From Candidatus Poribacteria bacterium (lineage in GTDB: Bacteria > Poribacteria > WGA-4E > JAJDTR01): a stretch of 64,000 bases of DNA. Below are positions 28,760 to 39,217 of the stretch, piece after piece (the stretch's first letter is position 1; each line of letters begins with the position of its first letter). A model generated the notes under the pieces. The model was not told the DNA's origin and searched no databases. It saw only the letters and a program-made list of their open reading frames with translations. The stretch lies in contig CBDCTK010000002.1 of assembly GCA_965222225.1 (NCBI GenBank), forward strand, positions 4,672,001 through 4,736,000, read 5' to 3'. The position numbers were made by a program, and so were the translations under genes.

Positions 28760-30532
28760 TTAGACCCAGTTTAACAATTCCGGGAAACGATCCATTGCTT
28801 CCCGCCAAATATAGGTTTCAATCTCTCCTGCTGTGGAAAGTTTCATGATTTCGGCGACGAGGTATTGTGCGTCTTGAAGGGAAATTGAGCTTATGACCTT
28901 TTTAATCTCGGGAATTACCGTCGGGCTCATGCTGAGTTGTTCGTATCCCATGCCGATTAGCAGCACGCTCAACACAGGATCGCCCGCCATTTCTCCACAA
29001 ACAGTAATGTCAATTCCCGCGTCTAACGCAACATGAAGAACATTTTGGATTAAGCGAAGGACAGCTGGATGCAGAGGTTCATAAAGCGGCAGCGTTTCCT
29101 CGTTGCGCCGATCAATCGCTATCGTGTACTGAATGAGATCGTTTGTCCCGATACTGAAGAAGTCGACTTCCTTGGCAAGAAGATCGGCGCTAATCGCCGC
29201 GGCGGGGAGTTCAATCATCGCGCCGATTTCAATCTGGGGATCAAAAGGGATTCGCTCTTCTGCCAACTGTGCCCGCGCTTTCTCAAGATGCCATTTTGCC
29301 TCACGCAATTCGTCTAACCCGGAAATCATCGGAAACATTATCTTGACGTTTCCGTAATCGCTAGCTCTCAGTATAGCGCGTAGTTGATTCATGAAGATAT
29401 CGGGATATTTCAAACAAAGACGAATTGAACGCAAACCCATCAAGGAATCCATGCTGCTCCCGAGATTTAGATGTGGGACCAGTTTGTCGCCTCCAATGTC
29501 TAGGGTGCGGATTGTTGCCGCTTCAGGACTGACCTGTTCTACCATGTGTCGGTAATCTTCAAACAACTCTTCCTCTGAAGGCAAGTCTTCCCGGTCCATA
29601 TAAAAGTATTCCGTTCGATACAGTCCAACGCCCTTGGCGCCATATTTCCGAATCAGTTCAATTTCCTCAAGGAATTCAATGTTAGCAGCTATTTCGATTT
29701 GTCTGCCATCGGTCGTCTGAAGATCGACGGCGCGTAGCGCGGAAAGATCGACCTCAACCTTGTCATACTTTGCTCGCTCAGTTCGGTACTCGTTAATTTG
29801 CTCTTCATCCGGCCACATGATGATGCGCCCATGTGTGCCGTCAACCACCATTTGGTCGCCGGTTTCGGCTTTTGTGATAGCGGATCCAACGCCGACGATG
29901 GCGGGAATGCCTAATGAGCGTGCCAAGATCGCTGTGTGAGAGACGCGCGTGCCAGCCTCAGTCACAAACGCAAGAACTTTGGTTTTGCGCATTAGCACGG
30001 TATCTGAAGGCGTAAGATTGTGTGCGACAACAATAACTTCGTTTTCTTGATTGAAGAGATCCAACCGCTCCTCTCCCATCAGGAGGGATACAATCTGTTG
30101 CACGAGATCGTATAGGTCCACAGACCTTTCACGAAAATACGGGCTCTCTGATTGAGAGAAGACATCTATGAATTCGGCGCCGACATCTACAACAGCGGCT
30201 TCCGCGTTGACGTGGTGGGTTGCTATATGGCTTCGAATATGCTCCACCATCGTTGGATCTTCAAGCATCATGATATGAGCTTGGAAGATATCTGCACCGT
30301 CGCTATGCGCATCCAAGTGAAGACGTTGACGAATTGCTCGGAGGTCCTTTTTGACCTGCTTTACGGCATGGAGAAAGCGGTGTATTTCAGCCGGAACACC
30401 GTTGGCAGGGATGCTATGACGAGGGATGTCCACGCGGTCGTGGATGCGGAAAACCTCTCCGATAACGACGCCGGGTGAAGCTGCGAGTCCAGAAAGGACG
30501 GTAGAATTGCCTTCTGCTGATTGGGATGTCAT
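28760..30532 (-). CDS. ptsI: PTS enzyme I (phosphoenolpyruvate-protein phosphotransferase)
   Basis: SHTAILAR phospho-His motif, GLYRTE, RTLDIGGDK, SIGTNDLIQY, CGEMAG. Confidence 0.95.
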   Translation of the reverse strand: MTSQSAEGNSTVLSGLAASPGVVIGEVFRIHDRVDIPRHSIPANGVPAEIHRFLHAVKQVKKDLRAIRQRLHLDAHSDGADIFQAHIMMLEDPTMVEHIRSHIATHHVNAEAAVVDVGAEFIDVFSQSESPYFRERSVDLYDLVQQIVSLLMGEERLDLFNQENEVIVVAHNLTPSDTVLMRKTKVLAFVTEAGTRVSHTAILARSLGIPAIVGVGSAITKAETGDQMVVDGTHGRIIMWPDEEQINEYRTERAKYDKVEVDLSALRAVDLQTTDGRQIEIAANIEFLEEIELIRKYGAKGVGLYRTEYFYMDREDLPSEEELFEDYRHMVEQVSPEAATIRTLDIGGDKLVPHLNLGSSMDSLMGLRSIRLCLKYPDIFMNQLRAILRASDYGNVKIMFPMISGLDELREAKWHLEKARAQLAEERIPFDPQIEIGAMIELPAAAISADLLAKEVDFFSIGTNDLIQYTIAIDRRNEETLPLYEPLHPAVLRLIQNVLHVALDAGIDITVCGEMAGDPVLSVLLIGMGYEQLSMSPTVIPEIKKVISSISLQDAQYLVAEIMKLSTAGEIETYIWREAMDRFPELLNWV

Positions 30533-30747
30533 AGCCTTTTAGCCGGGGAAAAGATTAGTCGTGTTGGTTGAAACGGGTTTGAGACTATACCGGGATGGTA
30601 TTATCCGTTACCGATGAACGTCGAATCCGAAACACGTTCAAGGCATTGCCGTAGGCAGCTTGCTTCTGGAGATTGGCTCGCATCCAACGGTCAATTGCGG
30701 TTTGATTTCATTACGAATCGGAAATTACTAAACCAAGGGTGGGACAA

Positions 30748-31014
30748 TCATGTTTCAATGAATCCACTTTCAATCAGCGCTGCCAGTTCTTCAATGGCTT
30801 CCTCTTCATCGGTGCCGTCGGTAGTAATGGTTAGCTCCGTTCTTTCCCCTGCCGCCAACATCATTATGCCCATGATGCTCTTCGCATTCACCTTCATCAA
30901 ACCTTTTTGAAGATAGATGTTAGACACAAAGCGACTGGATGTTTGAGCAAGCATTCCGGCTGTTCGCAGATGTAAACCGAGTGAATTCCGAACGGTAACC
31001 ACTTTTTCGCGCAT
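30748..31014 (-). CDS. ptsH: Phosphocarrier protein HPr
   Basis: GLHLRTA (His15) and NAKSIMG (Ser46). Confidence 0.93.
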   Translation of the reverse strand: MREKVVTVRNSLGLHLRTAGMLAQTSSRFVSNIYLQKGLMKVNAKSIMGIMMLAAGERTELTITTDGTDEEEAIEELAALIESGFIET

Positions 31015-31207
31015 GAATAAACCCCATGAAACACTAGGAATCAGAGATGTCCGTCGTCATTGACCTATCTAATAGTGTGTTCCATCCTCCTTACAGTTTC
31101 GACTGCGACAAGTTGAGCGAGAATTGGGAGGAAACCACACATAAGGCAGCAGCGGTCTTGTACACTGTCGGATCATCTCGTGACATTCCAATATTAAGTT
31201 GGAATTG

Positions 31208-31609
31208 TCAAACCGCAGTTGGATCCAATCCACAATCAATGATACCTGCTTTGCCGCTTTCACATGCGGATGCCGCAAGCGCATTGAGATTGAGTTCGGA
31301 TCGGTGTGCCAGCACTTTCAGCAACATCGGCAAATTTAGACCGGTGACAACTCGAACCCCATTACCACGAAACAGAGAAAGACTCATTTGACAATCGCTC
31401 TCCCCAAAGATACCGGCAAGAATTAGCACACCGTCTTGTTGCTGAACACGAGAGACGGCTTGCGTAAGGTGTTGCAAGATTTCCTCTTTGCCCTCTTGCG
31501 GCATAACATCAACTGCAACGACCGCTTCTTGCTTGCCAAGAACGCTTTCTGCAGCATCCAAAAAAGTTGTTGCGAGTTTTCCGTGAGTGGTAATTATGAT
31601 ACTAACCAT
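31208..31609 (-). CDS. PTS mannose/fructose-type EIIA component
   Basis: IIITTHGKLA, GVLILAGIFG, TGLNLPML. Confidence 0.85.
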   Translation of the reverse strand: MVSIIITTHGKLATTFLDAAESVLGKQEAVVAVDVMPQEGKEEILQHLTQAVSRVQQQDGVLILAGIFGESDCQMSLSLFRGNGVRVVTGLNLPMLLKVLAHRSELNLNALAASACESGKAGIIDCGLDPTAV

Positions 31610-31711
31610 TTACTCCCGATGTGCCTCGGGTAAACATTTCCCATACCATGATGAGCTAGGAGCAGAGGTTGTCTCAATCGTAACATTTTCGGATGCAGAC
31701 GCGACGGAGAC

Positions 31712-32725
31712 TTATCGTTTTCCATCTGACGGATGAACAATCTCGCGATGGAGGGTTTCATGTCGCCATTGATCGAGCACAACTTCGTCATTCTTATCCT
31801 GTGTCATTTCTACGAGGGCACTGTCAAATTCTTTTGCTGCGTCCAAGCCTAATTTATCGCCCCAGAAACTCATGGCAGCAACCTCGATCAGGTTCGCCAA
31901 ATTTCTTCCGGGACGCACGGGTATTACGACATGTGGCAGTCTCTCATTATGAAATATGTACTCATCATCTCTAACTCCAGTTCGATTGTACGCCTTCTCT
32001 TTGTTCCAAGGTTCAAGAGTGGCGACAAGCTCAACTTGTTTGCGATCGCCCACCGCCGTTACGCCAAAAAGTGCGACAACATCAATAATTCCTATTCCCC
32101 GAACTTCGATGTAGTGCTTGAATGGTCGAGGACGAATACCAAAGACGCGATGCTCCGACACTTTCTTCAGTAGCACGGTATCGTCAGCAATAACACGATG
32201 ACCACTCTGCAGGAGTCCAAGTGTGCATTCGCTCTTGCCAATGCCACTCTGACCTAAAATCAACACGCCGACGCCGAAAACATCAACCAGATTCCCGTGT
32301 ACATACTCCGAAGGCCCAAATTCGTCTTCAAAGAAAAGGAGCAGGCGCGTCGTGAACGTTGAGGACGCAAGGACTGTTGTCAAAACCGTAATCTGATTTC
32401 GATTGGCAAGGTCAATCAACTCTTCTGGCGGACACAATCCGCTCGTAACAACAATACAAGGAAGGGGATATGAAAGTAATTGATTTAACACATCGAAACG
32501 GGCTGTAGCGGAAAGACTTTCTAAATATCCGACTTCACCGTGTCCGAAAATCTGAACGCGATCGTGCCCGAAGTGTTCGTAATAACCACAAAGTGCCAAG
32601 CCGGGGCGATTGGATTCTGCGGTCTTAATCTGCCTATCTAACCCTGCCTCACCAGCCACGACATCCGTTTGTAGTTCATGCCCTGCATATTTGATTAGAT
32701 TGCGTACCGTTACATGCTGTTTCAT
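31712..32725 (-). CDS. hprK: HPr kinase/phosphorylase
   Basis: NRPGLAL, GQSGIGKSE, ADD, EVRGIGIID, PGRNLA. Confidence 0.95.
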   Translation of the reverse strand: MKQHVTVRNLIKYAGHELQTDVVAGEAGLDRQIKTAESNRPGLALCGYYEHFGHDRVQIFGHGEVGYLESLSATARFDVLNQLLSYPLPCIVVTSGLCPPEELIDLANRNQITVLTTVLASSTFTTRLLLFFEDEFGPSEYVHGNLVDVFGVGVLILGQSGIGKSECTLGLLQSGHRVIADDTVLLKKVSEHRVFGIRPRPFKHYIEVRGIGIIDVVALFGVTAVGDRKQVELVATLEPWNKEKAYNRTGVRDDEYIFHNERLPHVVIPVRPGRNLANLIEVAAMSFWGDKLGLDAAKEFDSALVEMTQDKNDEVVLDQWRHETLHREIVHPSDGKR

Positions 32726-32743
32726 TGAAGCGATTCCAGGAGG

Positions 32744-33313
32744 TCATGAAAATTCGGGTTCCACCCACCCGTATTCCCCACCATCTGTTTCGTAGAGTAG
32801 ATTCACTTGTGATGTTTCCGCGTTCACAAAAAGTAGCAGCGAATCTTCGGAAACCTGCAACTCCATTGCCGCGTCTTCAACCGTTAGCGGCTTGGATGCA
32901 AATTTGTCCGTAACCTTTACAATCGGTGCAGATGCAGTAGGCGAATCGTCGCTTGCTGCCGCTGCAGACGATGTCGCCGCGTCTTCGTTCAATTGGGCCG
33001 CGACATCGCGATGTGATTGGCGATGTCGCCAATCCTTCATCCGTTCCTTATGACGTCTCACTTGCGATTCAACACGATTTAGGGCAGTGTCAAGCGATTC
33101 AAAAACGTCGTGCGTCTCAATCCGCGCATGAAATGTCGTTTTTCGGGCGAATAAAGTCAATTCCGTGCAATATCGAGATTTTTCCTGTTCAATGACGACC
33201 TGTAACTCATCAAGAAAGTTGAAAACCCCTTCGAGTTTACTCGCCCGTTTCTCTACAAAACTCCGCACGTCATCTGTGATTTGGACGTGACGGCCGGTAA
33301 AAGTTATCTGCAT
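32744..33313 (-). CDS. hpf: Ribosome hibernation promoting factor (long HPF/RaiA)
   Basis: MQITFTGRH...QVRRHKER plus C-terminal S30EA domain (KPLTVEDAAMEL); follows rpoN. Confidence 0.92.
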   Translation of the reverse strand: MQITFTGRHVQITDDVRSFVEKRASKLEGVFNFLDELQVVIEQEKSRYCTELTLFARKTTFHARIETHDVFESLDTALNRVESQVRRHKERMKDWRHRQSHRDVAAQLNEDAATSSAAAASDDSPTASAPIVKVTDKFASKPLTVEDAAMELQVSEDSLLLFVNAETSQVNLLYETDGGEYGWVEPEFS

Positions 33314-33388
33314 ACCAAGAACCTCGTTAACTGATTGTGATTCTAATTAAATAATTTGATGATGACTACAGTGTCAAAATCTATGCTG

Positions 33389-35116
33389 TTACCACGCCTG
33401 TTTTCTTTTGCTTGTCGAGAGTATATTAAGTTCCTCTCGGTACTTCTGGACCGTGCGTCTAGCAACATGAATTCCTTGTTTTCCTAGCGCATTGGCGATT
33501 GCTTGATCGCTGAGTGGCTTTGCCGTGTTTTCTCCATCGATCATTTCCTTAATTTTATCCTTGACTATTGTTGAGGAAACACTCTCTCCCGAGTCGGTCG
33601 GCAAGTACGTGCTAAAAAAGAATTTCAGTTTATATATTCCTTGTGGTGTCTCGACATATTTGTTTGATGTGACTCGGCTGACCGTGGATTCATGAACGCC
33701 TGCCATTGCCGCAATCTCCTTGAGCGTTAAGGGCTTTAATCCTGCAGTCCCCTGATCCAGAAAATCCGCCTGAATCTTAAAAATAGCTTCAGTCACACTT
33801 ACTATCGTCCTGCGACGTTGATTGATACTGCTAATAAAATCAATCGCCGAACTACGATGCTGTTCTAGCCACTTCTTTGTTTCGCCATTAACCTTCCCAT
33901 TTTGGCCGCGCAGCATATTTACATAAAACGGGTTCAGTCGTAGCCGAGGCATTCCATCGTCATTCGTAAGGAATTGGTATTCCCCACTGATTTTTTTGAT
34001 GGAAACCTCCGGGATGATGAGACGAGAGGGGTTATTACCGTTTCTTAGATACTTGCCCGTAGGGTCTGAAAAATAGCGACCCGGATATGGCGCAAGGTGG
34101 CCAATGAACTCCTTTGCTTTAATTACTTCCTTAATGTCCACCTCAAGCCGCTGCGCAATTCGTGGAATCTGGTTGTTCATGAAGTCTTCAAAGTGGTTCC
34201 TGAGGATTGCTTCGGCGACGGGATTGTGCGTTTCGTTCACCTTCATTTGGATCAGCATTGTTTCAGGGACTGTCCGAAACGCAATACCAATCGGTTCAAA
34301 ATTCTCTTGAATATACTCAAGCACTTCCTCTACATGTTCAACATCACAACCGATAGCACCGGCAATCTCCTCAAACGTGAGATTATAGACTTCTAGTCGG
34401 CCATTCTCATGTCTTACCGTGTATGTCTGTTTGTTCTCCTCATCGACTATCTTCCATTTGCCTTCCTCTTTTCCTAGTACAATTGTGGAGTTAGTAGACA
34501 GCGAAATTTCGTCACTTGACAACTCTTGGCGGAGGTGACGTTCGAGAACCTTACGTAAACCGTCGGAGAGGTACGCATCATCCAGGTCGTTCTTGTATTT
34601 GGAACTTATTACGAAGAGGGGCATCTTCAGCTGCCCGTCATCGTTCAAGTTGCCGATAATCTGCTCACCGATAGCTTTTTCAATGTCCGACATCAGTGTG
34701 ACGCTAAGTTGGGCAAGCAAGAATTCGTGCAACGATTGTGTCCCAGCAACATCGGATTGTGGTCCATCTTCATCGTCCGCCTGTTGGAATGAGGTTTGCT
34801 CGCTGACGTTCGCGATATCATCAAAGACGGCATCCCAGTCAATGTCCGGCTCCTTATCTTCCTGATCCAAACTTTTTTCCGGTTCGTTCCATTCGGTATC
34901 CGGATCCAACTCTGTTGTCCCAACAAGGTCTTCAATATCTAGTTCCTCGGTTTGAATTTCATCTTCTTCTAGCAGAGGGTTTTGTTCCAACTGTTGCGTC
35001 ATGAACTGGTTAAGTTCCAGTTGCGGCATAAGCAGCACTTTGATCGCCTGCTGCAACTTCGGTGTCATAATTAATTGCTGTTTCAGGGTTGCAACCTGTC
35101 GTAATCCAAGGTTCAT
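33389..35116 (-). CDS. rpoN: RNA polymerase sigma-54 factor (with ~80-aa insertion)
   Basis: Region I MTPKLQQAIKVL, HESTVSR, RpoN box ARRTVQKYRE. Confidence 0.96.
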   Translation of the reverse strand: MNLGLRQVATLKQQLIMTPKLQQAIKVLLMPQLELNQFMTQQLEQNPLLEEDEIQTEELDIEDLVGTTELDPDTEWNEPEKSLDQEDKEPDIDWDAVFDDIANVSEQTSFQQADDEDGPQSDVAGTQSLHEFLLAQLSVTLMSDIEKAIGEQIIGNLNDDGQLKMPLFVISSKYKNDLDDAYLSDGLRKVLERHLRQELSSDEISLSTNSTIVLGKEEGKWKIVDEENKQTYTVRHENGRLEVYNLTFEEIAGAIGCDVEHVEEVLEYIQENFEPIGIAFRTVPETMLIQMKVNETHNPVAEAILRNHFEDFMNNQIPRIAQRLEVDIKEVIKAKEFIGHLAPYPGRYFSDPTGKYLRNGNNPSRLIIPEVSIKKISGEYQFLTNDDGMPRLRLNPFYVNMLRGQNGKVNGETKKWLEQHRSSAIDFISSINQRRRTIVSVTEAIFKIQADFLDQGTAGLKPLTLKEIAAMAGVHESTVSRVTSNKYVETPQGIYKLKFFFSTYLPTDSGESVSSTIVKDKIKEMIDGENTAKPLSDQAIANALGKQGIHVARRTVQKYREELNILSTSKRKQAW

Positions 35117-35132
35117 GATTCGCTCCTCAAGA

Positions 35133-35885
35133 TCATCGGTTCAAGGGGCCGCTTCTGAGTTCGAAATTATGTCCGAAGTATAAATCTCGCGCCAACTGGT
35201 TACCAACCAACTCCTCGGGAGTACCGGTCAGCGTGATTTTACCATCAGCAATCAAGTAAGCTCTATCGACAATTCCAAGTGTTTCTTCCGCATTGTGATC
35301 GGTAATCAAGATTCCAAGGTCCCGACTGCGCAGGTGCAAGATGAGTTGCTGAATATCTTGTACGGCAATCGGGTCGATTCCCGAAAACGGTTCGTCTAGC
35401 AAGATAAAGGACGGAGAAGCCGCCAAGGCTCGCGCAATTTCTGCCCGTCGACATTCTCCGCCTGAAAGCGTATACGCCTTGCGATTCGCCAAGTCAGAGA
35501 TGCCGAGTTCCTCCATAAGCTGTCCCGCACGTCGTTTGCGCTCGTCTTTGGGGATATCAAGCACCTCAAGAATTGACATTAGATTTTGTTCAATCGTCAA
35601 CTTGCGAAAGATGGATGTTTCCTGCGCGAGGTACCCTATTCCAAGCCTTGCTCTTTTGTACATGGGCAAGAAAGTGATATCTCGATCGTCGTAGATAACC
35701 TGTCCGGCGTTGGGACGAATCAGCCCGACCACCATATAGAATGTGGTGGATTTCCCGGCGCCGTTTGGTCCAAGCAAGCCAACTATCTCTCCGGTTTCAA
35801 CATCAAGATCCACCTGATTGACAACAATCGGTCCTGTACGCGAATATCTTTTTATAAGTCCCCGAGCTTGAAGTCGGCTCGACAT
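35133..35885 (-). CDS. lptB: LPS export ABC transporter ATP-binding protein
   Basis: GPNGAGKSTTF, RARLGIGYL, LSGGE, LLDEPFSGIDP, TDHN; directly upstream of rpoN. Confidence 0.95.
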   Translation of the reverse strand: MSSRLQARGLIKRYSRTGPIVVNQVDLDVETGEIVGLLGPNGAGKSTTFYMVVGLIRPNAGQVIYDDRDITFLPMYKRARLGIGYLAQETSIFRKLTIEQNLMSILEVLDIPKDERKRRAGQLMEELGISDLANRKAYTLSGGECRRAEIARALAASPSFILLDEPFSGIDPIAVQDIQQLILHLRSRDLGILITDHNAEETLGIVDRAYLIADGKITLTGTPEELVGNQLARDLYFGHNFELRSGPLNR

Positions 35886-35945
35886 ATATGTTTTACCCCA
35901 ATTCGTGTTGCGCCGATACGTTGAATCAAAACCGTGCTGCCGCAG

Positions 35946-36605
35946 CTAGTTTTGCTTTGGTAACTCTTCGTCTTTCGTCGTCGATTCCGCACTTTTCTTT
36001 TCTCGCTTCATTCTAACCTTGAATTTGACGCCACCGTCCGCTGTTTGCTTTCCGGTGCGTCTATTGAAGGTAAAATGTTTGGCTTCCAATCGATCGGCGT
36101 TTTGAAGAACGACGACATTGTCCCGGAGATCGACAGTATCATCAGTGTGGTTTATGATTGCGTGTTCGCATGTGGCAAAAATATCCTCGTCGCGGATTTC
36201 AACGTTTCGCTCTGCAACCGTTTTGGAATATTCGCCGGTCCCAATGTCTTCATGCATGGTTACCTTATCTGCGTTTAGAAAACCGTTAGGTCGCTTCATC
36301 CTAACGTTCCCAGTCCAGATGGAAATGCCTTTCTTCTCATCGCGATTAAAGTTTTCGGCGAATATCTCGATCATCTCCTCATCATCCGATGTGTCAACCG
36401 AATCAGACTCAACTTGCTCTTGTGCGGCGGTAGTCGTTTCGAGTTCCTCCGCGTATGCTTCGTGTGAGAATGCGAAGAGACTGAGGCAAAAACCAAGAGC
36501 CCAAACAAGTGCTATCATCCCTCCCGCGGTCCAAGCGCGAAAACCGAGACGGGCTCTGCACATGGTGGCTGATGTTGTTTTCCGTATTTCACCGATTTGA
36601 TTCAT
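35946..36605 (-). CDS. lptA: LptA/OstA family periplasmic LPS transport protein
   Basis: Signal-like hydrophobic stretch, beta-jellyroll-like WTGNV/LNADKV/LRDNVVVLQ; position between lptC and lptB; start uncertain. Confidence 0.75.
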   Translation of the reverse strand: MNQIGEIRKTTSATMCRARLGFRAWTAGGMIALVWALGFCLSLFAFSHEAYAEELETTTAAQEQVESDSVDTSDDEEMIEIFAENFNRDEKKGISIWTGNVRMKRPNGFLNADKVTMHEDIGTGEYSKTVAERNVEIRDEDIFATCEHAIINHTDDTVDLRDNVVVLQNADRLEAKHFTFNRRTGKQTADGGVKFKVRMKREKKSAESTTKDEELPKQN

Positions 36606-37215
36606 TGACCTTTTCATCCTTCGGATTAATCCTGAACAGCGTATTCTTCATCGTGAGTTTCTCTAGTGATGGACTAGCTTCCAGCTCATTCCCGGTTGCG
36701 GTTGAATCCCCACGCACGATTTTTGACATGTTAGGCGCATATAATTTGCCGTCTTGATCTCTCCAATGGAGTTCGTCCGTATATAGTTTCCCATCTTGGC
36801 TTTCACCAACAACTTGGCCGAACAGTTGGATATCATTCGACCTCTTGATGATTTCGCCACGATTACCTGTAAGTGTAATCTTCAGTTCACCGTCTTCAAA
36901 AATTTCGACAGTTGGCTCTTTTACTGCTATTATCTTCTTTAAGATTGTCGCCTCAGAGCCAACAAGCACCCATTTTACAACCCCCGCCTCGGTATGGCTT
37001 GTCGAAAACCCGTGGAGTGTTTGTTGGGGAATCTCCTCCGCGAATTGCGCGACATCCCCTTGTCCAGTGTCACACCCTAGCCCACAGAATGTGAGGGTGG
37101 TTATTAAAAGGGGCAAGAACCCCCAGCTCCAGTGTCTGGTTTCAGTTAAATGAGTTGAAATCAAGAAACGACTAGGAATCAATGAAATCTCCGAGCTGCC
37201 TTTTCCATCGCTCAT
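36589..37215 (-). CDS. lptC: LPS export protein LptC
   Basis: Lipobox-like GLGC, LYTDELHW motif, synteny; true start probably downstream of 37215. Confidence 0.78.
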   Translation of the reverse strand: MSDGKGSSEISLIPSRFLISTHLTETRHWSWGFLPLLITTLTFCGLGCDTGQGDVAQFAEEIPQQTLHGFSTSHTEAGVVKWVLVGSEATILKKIIAVKEPTVEIFEDGELKITLTGNRGEIIKRSNDIQLFGQVVGESQDGKLYTDELHWRDQDGKLYAPNMSKIVRGDSTATGNELEASPSLEKLTMKNTLFRINPKDEKVNESNR

Positions 37216-38074
37216 GCATCCAGATCCACTGTTCGGGATAGCGCCTCACATAGGATTCGATTATCTTGGTGAACATCTGAGTGTTGATCAGGAAGTCTTG
37301 GTCTCGATTGCCGGTACTCTTTAGATCCAGCGGAGGCCCAACAATCACGCGATGTGTATCATCAGGTTGCCGAATAATGAAAGTTGGCAAAATCGCCGCG
37401 CCGGTTTTGAGAGCAATCGCTACGGGACTGTACGGTGTATGGGCGGAACGCCCGAAAAAATCAACAAAGACGCCGTTTACGCTTGTATCCACATCCGCCA
37501 GAACACCAATCAGTTCATTGCGTTTCAGGCAACGCAGAATGTCGCGGGCTGTGCTGTCGCGGTCAATGGTGGAGTAACCGGCGGCTTGCCGCCAACCACG
37601 AACCAGACCATCTAAGCGTTGTGACCTAAGTCGTCGAGCTATCGGCGTCAAAGGCGCTACTTGTTCCACGAGGCTAGCCGCCAAAAGTTCCCAATTACCG
37701 AAATGCCCGGTAAGGATTATTGCTCCCTTGCCTTGCGCCAATGCGCCGTCAATATGGGCTTTGCCCTCGAAAGTAACAATCTCTCGATTCTTCTTGCTCG
37801 AAGTATGCGGAAAACGGATAAACTCAATGAGATTCTTCCCCAGATTTTGGAAACTGCGGCGGACAATGCGTTTGGTGGAAGCTCCACCCTTTAACTTAAG
37901 GCTGAGATTGATGTGTTTCTCGGCGAGCGCTCTTTGTTTGGAGGCAAACCGATAAGCAACAGATCCGAGAAAAGCCCCGAAGGATAGCGCAATTTTGCGA
38001 GGAAACACGACAGCACATGCGCAAACCAGTTTCGCAGTGAACCTATAACTGGAATCCTTCAAAAAACGCCGCAT
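37172..38074 (-). CDS. Lipid A biosynthesis (LpxL/HtrB-like) acyltransferase
   Basis: HFGNWE, FVDFFG, PEQWIWMHERWK. Confidence 0.9.
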   Translation of the reverse strand: MRRFLKDSSYRFTAKLVCACAVVFPRKIALSFGAFLGSVAYRFASKQRALAEKHINLSLKLKGGASTKRIVRRSFQNLGKNLIEFIRFPHTSSKKNREIVTFEGKAHIDGALAQGKGAIILTGHFGNWELLAASLVEQVAPLTPIARRLRSQRLDGLVRGWRQAAGYSTIDRDSTARDILRCLKRNELIGVLADVDTSVNGVFVDFFGRSAHTPYSPVAIALKTGAAILPTFIIRQPDDTHRVIVGPPLDLKSTGNRDQDFLINTQMFTKIIESYVRRYPEQWIWMHERWKRQLGDFIDS

Positions 38075-38173
38075 ACCCCGGTTGTGCGAGAATATGCATC
38101 GCACGCTGGCAATCAAATCTTGGTCTACGTTTTTCCAAAGCCCTAGCAAAAGCTATACCATATATCGGCGTGT

Positions 38174-38203
38174 ATTATAGCAGATAGTAAGATTGAATAA
38201 CAA
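38174..38203 (-). promoter_or_regulatory. sigma70-type promoter of the lpxL-lpt-rpoN operon
   Basis: Minus strand TTGTTA-N18-TATAAT with extended -10 TG. Confidence 0.55.
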
Positions 38204-38526
38204 GCTGATTTGAGTCATCTACCATCAGGGCAATCGCATCTAACTTTGCGGCATAGGGGCATCGAAAACGAGAGAACGAGATACGTGAAAATGCCAAATC
38301 TAGGCGTGGAAAGGGTGAGATTGAATTAAATTAAAGAGATATAGAGAAGGGAAATCAGGGATTTAATGATTGAAGATTGTTGCGATAAACCAACCGTAGG
38401 AGATCGAGCGAACGATCAACTGAGTGGATGGCGAAGGCGATAGCTTTTCTCCGAAATTCACGCCATTGATACACTACCATTTTAGAGAAATGGTATTAGT
38501 TGCAATGACTATAAAATCGGGTGGGA

Positions 38527-39156
38527 TTAATTGGAATTGTGGGCGGAGTTGGAGTCCTCAAAAAGCAACTCCCGCCGTATCCACGACACAACGTCATGGA
38601 TACCGGCTCCATCACGCAAATTGGTAAAGACAAAGGGCTTGTCACCGCGCATCCGTTTCGTGTCTCTCTCCATGACGCCGAGATCCGCCCCCACGTATAT
38701 CGCCAGGTCAATCTTGTTGATAACCAGTAGATCGGAGCGTGTTAGGCCCGGACCGCCCTTTCGCGGAATTTTGTCTCCTCCGGCGACATCTATGACGTAA
38801 ATTGCGGCATCCACGAGTTCCGGGCTGAAAAAGGCGGCGAGATTATCCCCGCCGCTTTCGAGAAATAGAATATCCAGATTGGGAAAATCGCTACTCATCT
38901 GATCGACCGCCTCAAGATTGGCAGAAATGTCCTCGCGGATAGCCGTGTGCGGGCAGCCGCCGGTTTCTACGCCGAGAATTCGTTCCTTTGGCAACGCTTC
39001 AAGGCGTGTGAGTATCTCCGCGTCTTCGCGTGTGAAGATGTCATTCGTTATTGCCGCCAACTCATAGGTATCACGCATGGTCTTGCACAACTTTTCTATG
39101 AGCGCGGTCTTGCCCGATCCGACGGGGCCTCCGATGCCGATTTTCAGCGGTTTCAT
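38527..39156 (-). CDS. ureG: Urease accessory GTPase UreG
   Basis: [41 protein letters not shown]. Confidence 0.97.
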   Translation of the reverse strand: MKPLKIGIGGPVGSGKTALIEKLCKTMRDTYELAAITNDIFTREDAEILTRLEALPKERILGVETGGCPHTAIREDISANLEAVDQMSSDFPNLDILFLESGGDNLAAFFSPELVDAAIYVIDVAGGDKIPRKGGPGLTRSDLLVINKIDLAIYVGADLGVMERDTKRMRGDKPFVFTNLRDGAGIHDVVSWIRRELLFEDSNSAHNSN

Positions 39157-39217
39157 TACGGTTTTGCCTTTACGGTTTCAGTCTAGTGGTTCGCTTAACG
39201 TAGGTGTCAGGACTAAA

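Noticed and set aside
31015-31207. Short ORF or EIIB remnant between EIIA and HPr
   Set aside because: No EIIB motif (RxDxRLxHGQ) in any frame I could read
38476-38496. Inverted repeat TACCATTT-N5-AAATGGTA downstream of ureG
   Set aside because: AT-rich stem without a U-tract; cannot distinguish terminator, operator or chance
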